A stretch of DNA of 61,898 nt, counting the filler, from Chiloscyllium plagiosum (lineage: Eukaryota), in NCBI RefSeq assembly GCF_004010195.1. It is 3 parts of one record of this genome, joined end to end, with 100 filler letters (N's around TTAATTAATTAA, not from the genome) between each part and the next. Parts side by side here need not be neighbours in the genome. Positions count along the whole stretch, not along the records: positions 1 to 23,483 come from NC_057716.1; positions 23,584 to 38,307 come from NC_057716.1; 1 more part is not named here. One strand, written 5' to 3'. This document shows positions 12,340 through 25,138 of this stretch, in pieces (position 1 is the first letter of the stretch; every line of letters begins with the position of its first letter). Under the pieces are notes generated by a model that searched no databases, was not told the DNA's origin, and saw only the letters and a program-made list of their open reading frames with translations. Position numbers and translations under genes: made by a program.

Positions 12340-13882
12340 TATAGAACATTACATCACAGTACAGGCCCTTCACCCCTCGATGTTGCACTGACCTGTGGAA
12401 CCAATTTGAAGCCTATCTATCCTACACTATTCCACTTTTATCCAGATGCCTATCCAATGACCATTTAAATGCCCTTCAAGTTGGCAAGTCTACGACTGTT
12501 GCAGGCAGGGTGTTCCAAACCCCTACTATTCTCTGGGTAAAGAAACTATGTCTGACATCTGTCCTATATCTATCACCCCTCAACTTAAAGCTATGCCCCT
12601 TTGTGCTAGCCATTGCCATCCAAGGAAAAAGGCTCTCACTGTCCATCCTATCTAAACCTCTGATTATCTTATATGTCTCAATTAAGTCAGATCTCAACCT
12701 TCTCTCTAATGAAAACAGCCTCAAGTCCCTCAGCCTTTCCTCATAAAACCTTCCCTCCATACCAGGCAACATCCGAGTAAATCACCTCTGAACCTTTTCC
12801 AAAACTTCCACATCTTTTCTATAATGCAGTGACCAGAACTGTACACAATACTCCAAATATGGCCGCACCAGAGTTTTGTACAGCTGCAACATGACCTCGT
12901 AGCTCCAAAACTCAATCCCATTACCAATAAAGCTAACACACCGTATGCCTCTTAACAACCCTCTCAACTTGGGTGGCAACTTTCAGGGATCTATGTACAT
13001 GGACACCAAGATCTCTGCTTATCTACACTGCCAAGAATCTTAACATTAGCCCAGTCTTCTTTATTCCTGTTGTTCCTTCCAAAGTGAATCACCTCACACT
13101 TCTCCACATTAAACTCCATTTGCCACATCTCAGCTCAGCTCTGGAGCTTATCAATGTCCCTCTGTAACCTGCAACATACTTTGGCACTATCCACAATTGT
13201 ACCGACCTTAGAGTTGTCCGCAAGTTTACGAACCCATCCTTCTACGTCCTCATCCAGGTCATTTATAAAAATGACAAACAGCAATGGACCCAATACAGAT
13301 CCTTGCAGTACACCATTAGTAACTGAACTCAAGGATGAACATTTCCCATCAACCACCACCCTCTGTCTTTTTTCAGCTAGCCAATTCCTGATCCAAACTA
13401 CTAAATCCCATGCCTCTGTATTTTGTGCAATAATCTATCATGGGGTACTTTATCAAACACCTGACTGAAATCCATATACACCAAATCAACCACTTTACCC
13501 TCATCTACCTGTTTGGTCACCTTCTCAAAGAACTTAGTAAGATTTGTGAGGCAGGACCTACCCGTCACAAAACTATGTTGACTATCCCTGATCAACGTAT
13601 CCTTTCTAGATGATTATAAATCCTATCTCTTATAATCTTTTCCACCACTTTAACCACAACCAAAGGCTCACTGGTCTTTAGTTGCCAGGGTTATCTGTAC
13701 TCCCCTTCTTGAACAAGGGGACAACATTTGCTATCCTCCAGTCCTCTGGCACTATTCCTGTAGATAATGACGACATAAAGATCAAAACCAAAGGCTCTGC
13801 AATCTCCTCCACTGCTTACCAGAGAATCCTAAAATAAATCCCATCCAGCCTAGGGGACTTACCTATTTTCACGCTTTCCATA
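12340..13882 (-). mobile_element. CR1/HER1 LINE, 5'-truncated
   Basis: [55 protein letters not shown]; tagaacat tail. Confidence 0.93.
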
Positions 13883-14324
13883 ATTAATATGTTTTCTTTC
13901 ATTGTTTTGTAATTATTTCCTACATATGGATTTTTTTTAAAAAACAGGGATTGTTGGACTTATTAACAATTGGCTATATTATCACATTCAATGTAGAAAG
14001 GAAAAGTATTTTATTTCTTTGATTGGTTATGGAAAGATTGTCATCAAACATTTGAATTAAAAAAGGGGATCTGTTAAGGTCTAGTTAATGACATTATTAC
14101 TATTTAAAATATATTTATTTATGTGTATTGCTATGAGAACGTATGCAGAGAACTCATGGAATAGTAGAAAATGGAAGGAGTGTAAAACTGACTGTAAATA
14201 AACTCTATCAGAAAGTTTCACCAACCAGCTTGGATCGAGGCAGATACCCAGCTGTTGATAGAACTGGTACAGAATTGGATCATTAAAATCTGGAGTCATT
14301 GTTCACTGACACCTGATGTTGCTT

Positions 14325-14465
14325 ATAATTACGCATGCGTACCGAACTGGAAACCCGTGCATGCATCCAGAAAAACGTCATTACGTAGTTCGATGTCGTA
14401 AGTAAAGGAACTACGCATGTGCACAAAACAGAGCACGCATGTCCCATTGAAACTCAATTTGACCG
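14325..14465. promoter_or_regulatory. Orphan CpG-rich cluster with NRF1-like and CRE-like motifs (promoter-like or TE-derived)
   Basis: TACGCATGCGTA palindrome 14330-14341, three further GCATG cores, ACGTCA 14375-14380, TTACGTAG 14381-14388; about 11 CpGs in about 140 bp. Confidence 0.4.
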
Positions 14466-14814
14466 GGGAAGGGGAAGGGGAAGGGGGTATCATCTGTGCA
14501 TTCAGGCTCTCTACCCCTTCCACCATCCTGTCGTTTCTCGACTTCCTTCTCTTCCCCACACTCTGACTCCTCCCTCCCCTGTCATAGTTTAACACATCCA
14601 ACCGCTGTCGTCGTTACTTCACCCCACCGCTCCCTTTTAACTGCCCCTCCCACGCTCCCCACCTTCCACATTCCCCTCCTTCTTAAATTTAAGTAGGGCA
14701 TGATGCGTGTGTATGAGTAGGCCGTACTTGGGATCCACCAAAAACCTGTTGGTGAGACAAGGATTGAAGCCAAAGCTGACAAACACTTGGGAAAGAACAG
14801 ACTCTATATTTTAG

Positions 14815-14926
14815 CATGACTTGGAGGTGCTGGTGTTGGTCTGGAGTGTACAAAGTTAAAAATCACACAACACCAGGAAACAAACCAGTTGGACTATAAC
14901 CTGGTGTTGTGTGATTTTTAACTTTA
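14815..14926. mobile_element. Short Penelope-derived hairpin insert (hammerhead part deleted)
   Basis: aaagttaaaaatcacacaacaccagg ... cctggtgttgtgtgatttttaacttt; flanking duplication tatat(t/g)ttagca. Confidence 0.8.
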
Positions 14927-14991
14927 TATGTTAGCAGCACGCTTGAGCAGGAAGAGCAGGCAAGAATACCAACAGAGGTAAAAAGCAGTTT

Positions 14992-17900
14992 TTAAAGATA
15001 TTTTTAAATCTTTTACAAAACATCTATATACAAAAAAAGAATAACACCAAAAAACAGAAAAGTAGTCAGTAAAACAAGTCATAATGTGATAATATTATTA
15101 GTGAACGACCTCCTATTCTACCAGAACAAACATATCTATTTAAACTAAATGACAAACAAATTAAATAAATATTAACTTAAACTAAATTCAAGTAACTTAA
15201 ATTATATCTCACTTCTATTTCACTCATCACACCTCCACTGAGGCTCCCATCCCTGGGAGCACTAGTTATAGTACCCATATTCTTTTTCTCCTAGCCTCCC
15301 CATCCAAGGGCCCCACGGGCACCCGTACTGATTCTCACGGCTATAGCACAGACCTAATTAATGTCACTGATAAATCTGCATCAATATAATTTAAAAAGGG
15401 CCGCCACGTCTTGTAAAACTGCTCCATTTTGTGGTGCACCATATTTGTGAGGTAATCTTGGGGAAGATGCTCCATCACCAGCCTACGCCACCCCATAAGA
15501 CCTGGTGGTTTTTCCGACATCCAATTCACTAGAATGCTCTTCCTCGCACCGTGGGTAAGAATGTTACGCAATCTCTTCCCATGTTCCCCCAGCGCGGACA
15601 AATTTGGCAACCCCAGAAGAAGAAAACCAGATCCACATTAATTTCAATTCCCAGGATGTCCTTTAGCTCCCTCATTATAGCACTCCAGTATCTCTGGATC
15701 TTACAATGTGACCAGTAGCAGTGTGTAAGAATGCCTATACTAATTTTAGATTTGGGACACCGTAATAACACTCCTCTCTTGAAGTGAGCTAGCCTCTCTG
15801 GTGTCATATGAGCCCTCTGTAAGATCTTCAATTGTATGGCCTGCACTCTGTTACATAGTGAAATTTCCTTATTTTTCCCTATATATCTTCCCATACCTCC
15901 GACGTAATATCCTCTCCTAGCTCTCGATTCCACGTCCCCCAGGGCACAACCTTTCTGTAAATGATACAAAGTACTGACTGAAACCGGAGCACTCTTTTCT
16001 CCATATCTGACTTGTAACACTGAGCCAGGAGCGTGGTCTACCTTTGTATATAATCCCTTATCTGAAAGTACTGGAAAAGAGCCCTATTAGACAATCCATA
16101 TTTCTGGCTTAACTGACTTCATGACATCAGGACCTCCCCCTCAAACAAATCTCCAAAGCATGAGATTCCCTTATTCTCCCATAACTTAAAGCTGTAGTCC
16201 ATTGACACAGGTTTAAATCCTTGGGCTCCCACCAATGGGGTAAACGGTAGGTCTTAGACCAATTCCCCTTGTCTTGCCTCATTATCCTCCAGGCTTTCAC
16301 CATATTTATAATGATTGGATTCTTACACTGCACGGTCACGGATTTCATCTTATCCATAAATAATAAATTAACGAGAGGGCATCTCGACTGCGAGGCTTCA
16401 ATGTCAAGCCAAATTAACAGCGGTGAGAGAGGACACCTCTGTTGACTACCTCTCCCAAAGTTAAAGTTATCTGACTTAGCACCATTTATAATGACTGCCA
16501 TCTTAGGATCATTATACAATATTGCCACCCATCTAGCAAAAGATCCTCCCAGACCAAAGTGCTCTAGGAGTCCAAACAAATATGGCCATTCTATCCGATC
16601 AAACGTCTTTTCTGCTTCTAGGGAGACCACCAAACCCGGGATCAATCTTTGCTGGCATACCTGCACTATGTCCAGTACCCTCCTGATATTGTTGGAAGAG
16701 CTACGGCCCTTAACAAAACCCATCTTCTTTTATAATATGGGGCAGGACCTTTTCCAAGCTCAGAGCCTGCAGCTTGGATCGAATTTTAAAATCTACATTC
16801 AATAGTGAAATGAGTCTGTACGAAGCACATTCTTCAGGATCTTTCTCCTTCTTTAAAATGAGGGAGATATTAGCCTCCCTGAGAGAAGGTGGCAGACAAT
16901 CCCGGCTCCACTAACATATTTATGAATTCCTTATGGAATTCACTTGGGAATCCATCTGGCCCTGGTGCCTTGCCACCCTGGAGATGCCTTATTGCTTCCT
17001 GCACTTCCTGTACTGTTATAGGCACATTCAATAGGGAAGCCTGTTCTGTGTTTATACTGGGGAGGTCCAGATTCTCAAAAAAGGACTGTATTCTCACTGC
17101 ACCATGTTCACCTCCCCCCACCCTCAACCAACCGACCAATATCACTCTGCTCATGGGTAATCATACCAACCTTCTCCCTAACAAACGTATTAGATTTGGA
17201 AGTTTTTCTCCTCCTTACCAAATATGCCAGATATCTACCTGGCTTATTTCCAAATTCAAACAGTCTTTGTTTAGCAAAGGAGACCTCTTTTTTAGCCACT
17301 TATGTGTGCAATGAGTCGAGAGCCGCCCGGAGGGCCATGACCCACTAAAACTTAACCAGAGAGGGCTTATTATAATATGTTTCCTCCGCTATCTGCAGCC
17401 AGACCTCCAGCAACTGTTGTTGCTTCTCCCTCTGCCTCCTTCTAGTTGCAGAATACGAAATGATCAGGCCTCATAAATATGCCTTAGTGGCCTCCCAAAG
17501 TATTGTTCAATTACTGGCCGTACCTGAGTTGATATCCCAGAAGGCCCTGAACTCTTTTCTGATGTACTCAACAAATTTGCTATCCCTTAACAGAAATAGT
17601 CCATGCGCCAGAGCTGTGTATCCATTCCACTACCCTTGATTTTAACATCTAAATACACTGCCGCATGGCGGAGTGGACTCGATGGGCTGAATGGCCTTAC
17701 ATCTGCTCCTATGGTCTTATGATCCGAGAAAGCTATATTCCCAATTTTGCATGCCAATGTTCTGTCCAACCCATCAGTTGGCATAAAAAACATGTCAATT
17801 CTCGTATGGCACTTGTGTGGGTTGGAGTAGAACGCAAAGTCTCTTCCACTAGTACCAACTCTTCACACATGTCCACCAACTGCTTACATTGCATGGGCAT

Positions 17901-20018
17901 ACCTGCCAATCCCCTTGGTACCCTGTCAACTTCAGGAGCTATTAGGTGATTAAAATACCCCGCTAAGATTCATTAATTTAGCCACTGCAGCAATTAGAAA
18001 TTTAAGAGGGTGCGCCGGGGACAATAAACATTCAAGATGCCATACTCTTCTCCATGTATTACAGCTTTAAGAATGATAAATGTCCATGTTTGTCCTTAAT
18101 CTGCTCCGTTACCTGGAATGGGAGGTTCATTCTTACCAGTACAGCCTCTCCTCTACTCTTAGAGCTGAAGGGGGAAAAGAATACCCTGTCACAACCCCTC
18201 CTGCTGCAGTTTCAGATGCTCCTTATCAGTTAGATGCGTCTCTTTCAGTAAGGCAATGACCAACCTTTCCTTCCTAAGGCTTGACATCACCTTCTTTCTT
18301 TTAATTGGAGAATGGCTCCCTTTTATATTCCAGGAGCACCATCCGAACAATCACTAGCCATGGCTGTCCCGGGCAGCCCGTGGTTTCCCAACAGGAGGAA
18401 GCTTATCTCCGGTGTGATGAGTGACAAAGACGTTAACTCTATGTAGTCTAAAAACTCCTATAAAAATTACTTCAACTAAAAAAAAACTAGTCATTACATT
18501 TAACTAAAGTAAACACCCAAATAACCCCTAATTCACGAGACATCTTCCCCCTTGCCCACAGAGGACACTCCTCCCAATCCTTACTACCATCTTAACTCCC
18601 TCTAGCTGAGACTGTGCCCTAGCCCGAGGCAATTCACAAATGAGGAAAATCTGTTATTTACATTCTGAGAGTTAACAATGGATAACCATCCCCCCCTCCA
18701 CTCAGCTTAACCACAGATACAAAATCAAACGGACAGCAGTAAAAAAATGGGGCCCCAGATAATACCCAACTGACCGATACATAAAATAATTCCAGTTTTA
18801 CAACATGGCTGTAAGTATAAAGCCAATAACCACAAAAAAGAAATGGGGAGAGAGGTGAAAAAAGGGGCAATAAAAGAAACTATACCATTGTCTGCAAAGA
18901 TGCCCCCTTTCCTCCTACCCCGACTCAAGTCCTTCAATTCAAAGAATTCACAAAGTCCTTCACCTTTTCTGCGTAGTCAAAGTTATATACCGTCCCCCAT
19001 GGGCGAAACGCAACATGGCCGGGTACCTCAAAGAGTATTGAATGTTCAAGTCCCTTAATTCTTTCTTGACTTCATCAAATGGCCTTCTCTTCTTAACTAG
19101 GGCTCCTCAGAAATCCTGAAAAAACATTATCTTTGAGTCTTTCACATTAAATCCTTTGAATTTCTTCCCAATCTTTTTTTAGATTAGATTAGATTAGATT
19201 ACTTACAGTGTGGAAACAGGCCCTTCGGCCCAACAAGTCCACACCCGTGCTGTTTTAACTATTAGCTGTTTTTCTTTATGATACAGGAGCTGCACTAGGA
19301 CCGTGCGGGGGTGCAGGTCCGACCAGGACTTTCTTATTACGATCCGGTGGGCCCACTCCATGCTCACCAGGTCTGACTCCAACTCCAGCCCCAGGAAATT
19401 TAGGAGCCACCCCTCCAAGAAGCCTTCCTTGCATTCCAAAAGACCAACGAGTTGTAAGTTTTTTCTACTATTTTTATTCTCCAGGTCATTGACTTGTTCC
19501 TGAAGGACCCGAACCTGGTCTTCCAACATTCGGATCTTTCCTCTCAAGACCTTCACCAATGTCTCCAATGCCGCGGTCTTCTCCTCTACTGCCTCCATTC
19601 TTCGGTCCAGTAGTTGGATTTCCTGCTCATGCTTTTTTAGCACAGCAGATAGTGGCTCAACTGCTGCTTGAATCCACTCTCGGAGTGTGACAAACTCTGA
19701 GAGTAAATGCTGCTGTCCTGCTGGATCCAAAGGGGCCGCCACAGGAGTTTGAGCACTGGCTGCAGGCACCCCCAATGTCATAGGGAGGGCTCTGTCTGCT
19801 GTACTCCTTTAGGTCCCTTTCCTTTATTCGATTTCATCCTGGCCTTGAAGCTGTCACACGCGATTTCAGCAGCTCCAGATGATCAGCAAGTTTAAATTCA
19901 CATTTTTTTCTCCTGGGGGTGGTTGGTGATGCAGGTAAAGGTCCACCTCACCCAGGGGTATGGCACAGAGCCCAACACAACAGACCACTCAGACCGCCAC
20001 CACCTCAGATCTTCCAAG
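14992..20018 (-). mobile_element. L1-clade LINE, near full length, degenerate with internal deletions
   Basis: ORF1 coiled coil plus DLENKNSRKNLQLVGL (19203-19781); APE SWNIKG..LKETHL; GKAPGPDGFPSEF; GFVKGRSSSNNIRR, SLEAEKTFDRIEW; C-terminal CPK..THCYWSH; TSD aagcagttt at 14983-14991 and 20019-20027. Confidence 0.92.
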
Positions 20019-20511
20019 AAGCAGTTTAATCAACAACACCACCAGGAAGTAACACCACATTAGCAACAGCAAGCATGACTCCATACAAACATAGGCAAAA
20101 CACATATAACATTGCCTGTGCAGTATGCTAACTCACCACTGAGAACAAAGAATACTGAGTATAAATGAGGAGGCACAAAATCTTAACGTCTAAATGATGT
20201 TGTGGATAGTGCTTTTCTAAGAGAAGAAAACAAACTATAAATTAATGTTAAGTGATTTGTTTTACTTATAAACTTCAATTGTTAACCTTTACTTTATACA
20301 CTGAAGAACATGTATGGAATAGTTATGTTAATGTAAAAATATAACATATACATATAGGAACATATAGAGGAACAACACGGATGTCATATTAATTCTTATC
20401 CTCTTTTTAAGGAGCTGGTAACTAATTATAGCATGACTTGTTGGGCCTAATGGCTTATTTTGCATACTGTAGAGATTCTATATTCCATTCTATTCTATCC
20501 TATTTTATTTT

Positions 20512-21550
20512 AAAACATATTAACAGGTAGAGGCCATTCAGTCCATTGAATATATTTCGCCATTCAATGAGGCCTTGACAGATCTGATGATCCACTTCCT
20601 TTGCTTTTTCCCTACAACCCTTGATTCCCTTACTGATTAAAACTCAGTCTATCTCAGTCTTGACCCAGGCTCAACAGCCATATATGGTAAAGAAGTCCAT
20701 AGATTCACAACCCTCTTAGAAAATAAATTCCCCTTTATCTCTTAAACATGGGACCCCTTATTCTGAGCTTATGCCCTCTTGTCCTCTACATTCCTACAAG
20801 ATCAGTTGATCTTTCCACATCTACGATGTCAGATCCCCTAAGAGTCCAGTATCTTTCACTAGAGTTGCCTCTAATTCCAATAAGTACAGGCAACCTACTT
20901 AACATCTTCTTATATTGTAGTCTCTTCATACCCCATGCCAACTTAGTGAACCTCTGGACTGTCTCCAGTTCAGGTATAATTCTTCTTAGATAACAGAATT
21001 CTAGCTGTGGATTTGTCTCATTTTTAGCAAAACCTCCCTACTTTTATACTCCATTCCCTTTGACATACAGGCCAACATTCCATTTGTCTTCCCTATTACA
21101 TGCTAAACTTGGATGCTAGCTTTTTGTGATTCATGCACAAGGGTGCTGTAGCTTTCTGCAGTCTTTCTCCATTTAGTAATTCTTTCTATTTTTTTCTGCC
21201 AAAATACATAACCTCACATTTTCCCAAATTATATTCCATTTGCCAAGTTTTTGGCACAAACTTGACTTGATTGTATCACTCTGCAAATTGTGTCATGCTC
21301 ACCACTTGCGTTTCCACCTATTTTTGCGTCATCTGCAAACTTGCAGCTGTCCACTTATTATAGATTCCTCCTCACCACCCCCCAACTGTGTCTTCTATTA
21401 GGTTAGCCAATCCTCTATTCATGCAAATATACAATGTCCAAACTCATGGGCTCTTATTAAGTTGTTAATGTCTGATACCTTATCTAACACCTTCTGAAAA
21501 TTCAAATATTGCACCCAATGCTTCACCTTTTTCTATCCTGCTTGTTACAT
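20512..21550 (-). mobile_element. Old CR1 fragment
   Basis: CR1 3' UTR and RT nucleotide motifs (gtcatctgcaaactt, aacctcacattttccc). Confidence 0.8.
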
Positions 21551-22212
21551 TGATATATGAATTTATAACCCGAGCTGCCACATTACTAGCATGGAGGAAT
21601 TATGAACTGAATAATAACATATTAGACTATCAGTCTAGCAGCCATATGGGTAACTCGAGGAAATAAATGTGAAGTTCCAGAATTTTGAGTCTGACGTGAC
21701 TATTTGCAACTTATTGGAACCACAGAACATAATAACATCAGTGTATAAATAAACAAGTAATTATTTTTGATAAGCCGAAAATGTACTCGTTACAGAAATT
21801 ATGATTTTGGTGATTGAAAGCAGAATCTATTGTCATTCAGGTTTGCAATATTTACTATTCAGTGAAAATTAAAATCAAATAAATTATGAACATTATAGAA
21901 ACTGCAAAACATTTTAATCTGTTTTCTGTGAGATTAAAAAAAAACAGATTTTCCAGCAATTTGTAAAATTTAATGACGAGAACAAACCTTTGGCATTAAG
22001 CCGTGGGAGTGGATTGATTTGGGCAGAAATCCAATGGATTATTTGTCACCAAAATAGCTGCTGGTTTTATGTAATATTGAAATTATGCATCTGTCTAGTA
22101 TCCAAATTAAATTAATTTAAGCAAGGTCTTTCCAGGAACGTAAAAGTTATGAAGAACTTAAAAAAGGGAAGAAGGATCGAATACTTGAACAACACATTCT
22201 GTTCAAGCCATT

Positions 22213-23483
22213 ATAGAACATAGAACATAGAACGTTACAGCACAGTACAGGCCCTTCGGCCCTTGATGTTGCACCGACCTGTCATACCAATCTGAAGCCC
22301 ATCTAACCTACACTATTCCATGTACATCCATATGCTTGTCCAATGACGACTTAAATGTACTTAAAGTTGGCGAATCTACTACCGTTGCAGGCAAAGCATT
22401 CCATACCCTTACTACTCTCTGAGTAAAGAAACTACCTCTGACATCTGTCCTATATCTATCACTCCTCAATTTAAAGCTATGCCCCCATATGCTCGCCGTC
22501 AACATACTTGGAAAAAGGCTCTCCCTGTCCACCCTATCTAACCTTCTGATTATCTTCTATGTCTATTTTAAATCACCTCTCAACCTTCTTCTCTCCAACA
22601 AAAACAGCCTCAAGTCCCTTTCCTCGTAAGACCCTCCCTCCATACCAGGCAACATTCTAGTAAATCTCCTCTGCACCCTTTCCAAAGCTTCCACATCCTT
22701 CTTATAATGCAGTGACCAGAACTGTATACAATACTCCAAGTGCGGCCGCACCAGAATTTTGTATAGCTGTAGCATAACTTCATGGTTCCAGAACTCTATC
22801 CCTCTATTAATAAAAGCTAAAACACTGTATGCCTTCTTAACAACCCTGTAAACCTGGGTGGCAACTTTCAAGGATCTGTGTACCTGGACACCGAGATCTC
22901 TCTGCTCATCTACACTACCAAGAATCTTACCATTAGCCCAGTACTTTGCATTCTGGTTACTCCGACCAAAGTGAATCACCTCACACTTGTCCACATTAAA
23001 CTCCGTTTGCCACCTTTCAGCCCAGCTCTGCAGCTTATCTATGTCTCTCTGTAACCTACAACTTCCTTCATCACTATCCACAACTCACCGACCTTAGTGT
23101 CATCTGCAAATTTACTAACCCACCTTTCTACGCCCTCATCCAGGTCGTTTATAAAAATGACGAACAGCAGTGGACCCAACACCGACCCTTGCGGTACACC
23201 ACTGGTAACTGGACTCCAGGATGAACATTTCCCATAAACCACCACGCTCTGTCTTCTTTCAGCAAGCCAATTACTGATCCAAACTGCTATATCTACCACA
23301 ATCCCATTCTTCCGCATTTTGTACTATAGCCTACTGTGGGGAACCTTATCGAACGCCTTGCTGAAATCCATATACACCACATCAACCGGTTTACTCTCAT
23401 CTACCTGTTTGGTCACCTTCTCAAAGAACTCAATCAGGTTTGTGAGGCACAATCTAGCCTTCACAAAACCGTGCTGACTATCC
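22213..23483 (-). mobile_element. Relatively young CR1/HER1 LINE, cut by a gap
   Basis: [31 protein letters not shown], 172-aa ORF 22563-23081; (tagaaca)n tail. Confidence 0.95.
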
Positions 23484-23527
23484 NNNNNNNNNNNNNNNNN
23501 NNNNNNNNNNNNNNNNNNNNNNNNNNN

Positions 23528-23539
23528 TTAATTAATTAA
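23528..23539. other. TTAATTAATTAA spacer inside an N run (assembly artefact)
   Basis: The same 12-mer (stops in all six frames) sits inside another gap at 38352-38363. Confidence 0.9.
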
Positions 23540-23600
23540 NNNNNNNNNNNNNNNNNNNNNNNNNNNNNNNNNNNNNNNNNNNNAGAAAGAAAAGAGAGAA

Positions 23601-23604
<4 letters not shown>

Positions 23605-23640
<36 letters not shown>

Positions 23641-24072
23641 CAGACACATGATAATCCTATGCAGAAATATGAATTCTTAGAAACCAAGAACTACAATTTT
23701 AGATTTTAAAGATTACTTTACATAAAATACTCTAAGTAATGAAAAACTAATTCTAAGAGAACACTGTGATTCACATTCCAAATCATAATTTATTGCTGTT
23801 ATTTGTGAAAAATTGACAAATCGCCTTTGAAAAATTACTGCAGGAAGAGAGAGAGAGAGAGATAGACAGACACATGATAATCCTATGCAGAAATATGAAT
23901 TCTTAGAAACCAAGAACTACAATTTTAGATTTTAAAGATTACTTTACATAAAATACTCTAAGTAATGAAAAACTAATTCTAAGAGAACACTGTGATTCAC
24001 ATTCCAAATCATAATTTATTGCTGTTATTTGTGAAAAATTGACAAATCGCCTTTGAAAAATTACTGCAGGAA
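23605..24072. repeat. (GA)n microsatellite plus perfect 226-bp tandem duplication next to a gap
   Basis: gatagacagacacatg... starts at 23635 and again at 23861 with identical sequence. Confidence 0.9.
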
Positions 24073-24642
24073 AATGGCAATACCTTCAGGAATCAGCCCT
24101 TCACATACATGTTTCAAAATGACCAAGGGTATTTCTGTAGCAATATAAACATTTCATGCTGCCTGAACAGAAATGATGTTTTAAAACAGTTACTGCATAT
24201 AATATTTTCTATATCGTAACAATTAACAATAGTATTAACAAACAATTTTCTAAGTTGAATTTAAGAATATTAACAAAATAACTGGATCTGAGGTGGTGCA
24301 ATTTGGTTGAATGACACATACCCTTCAGAAATACCGGTCTTAAAAGGAGTAAATAAATACGGGGTATAGGGTCCACAAGCCATCAAAAGTATCAGAGGTT
24401 TACAAAAGCTTTAAAAATATACAAACAAAGCACTGTGATTCATTTCCAAATTAATAACATTCAATAATAAAAAAGCCAATGTGGAATTTTGTTTAGATCA
24501 CACTTATGATGTGTGTTCACTTCTAGACTCCACATTACAAAAAGGCTATAAAGGCATTAGAAAATGTGCATAAATGATTCATAAGACTGAGCACAGCTAA
24601 GAGATTGCAGTTATGAAGAAAGAATTACCAGGCTCTCTCTTT

Positions 24643-25138
24643 TAGAGTCATAGAGATGTACAGCATGGAAACAGACCCTTCGGTCCAACTCGTCCATGCC
24701 GACCAGGTATCCCAACCCAATCTAGTCCCACCTGCCAGCACCCGGCCCATATCCCTCCAAACCCTTCCTATTCATATACCCATCCAAATGCCTCTTAAAT
24801 GCTGCAATTGTACCAGCCTCCACCACATCCTCTGGCAGCTCATTCCATACACGTACCACCCTCTGTGTGAATAAGTCTTTTCTGAACCCTTTCAAGTTCC
24901 ACAACATCTTTCCGATTGGAAGGAGACCAGAACTGCACGCAATATTCCAACAGTGGCCTAACCAATGTCCTGTACAGCCGCAACATGACCTCCCAATTCC
25001 TGTACTCAATACTCTGACCAATAAAGGAAAGCATACCAAACGCCTTCTTCACAATCCTATCTACCTGCGACTCCATTTTCAAGGAGCTATGAACCTGCAC
25101 TCCAACGTCTCTTTGTTCAGCAACACTCCCTAGGACCT
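24643..25138 (-). mobile_element. HER1-type CR1 3' fragment with internal deletion, inserted in an older plus-strand CR1 (about 24390-25480)
   Basis: RTLVRPLLEYCVQFWSP fused to FTQRVVRVWNELP; agagtcatagag tail. Confidence 0.88.

Noticed and set aside
14705..14765. Peptide PYLGSTKNLLVR resembling a GIY-YIG second motif
   Set aside because: Too short, with no upstream GIY motif or further context
23528..23539. TTAATTAATTAA palindrome, also at 38352-38363
   Set aside because: Identical 12-mer embedded in N runs; an artificial scaffold spacer
23620..24072. Perfect 226-bp tandem duplication
   Set aside because: Identical copies, starts in a (GA)n tract next to a gap; most likely assembly overlap
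24084..24162. AG..GT-bounded segment as MTX2 exon 4
   Set aside because: Immediate stop in phase 0 and no resemblance to the expected AFLQMCNLP sequence
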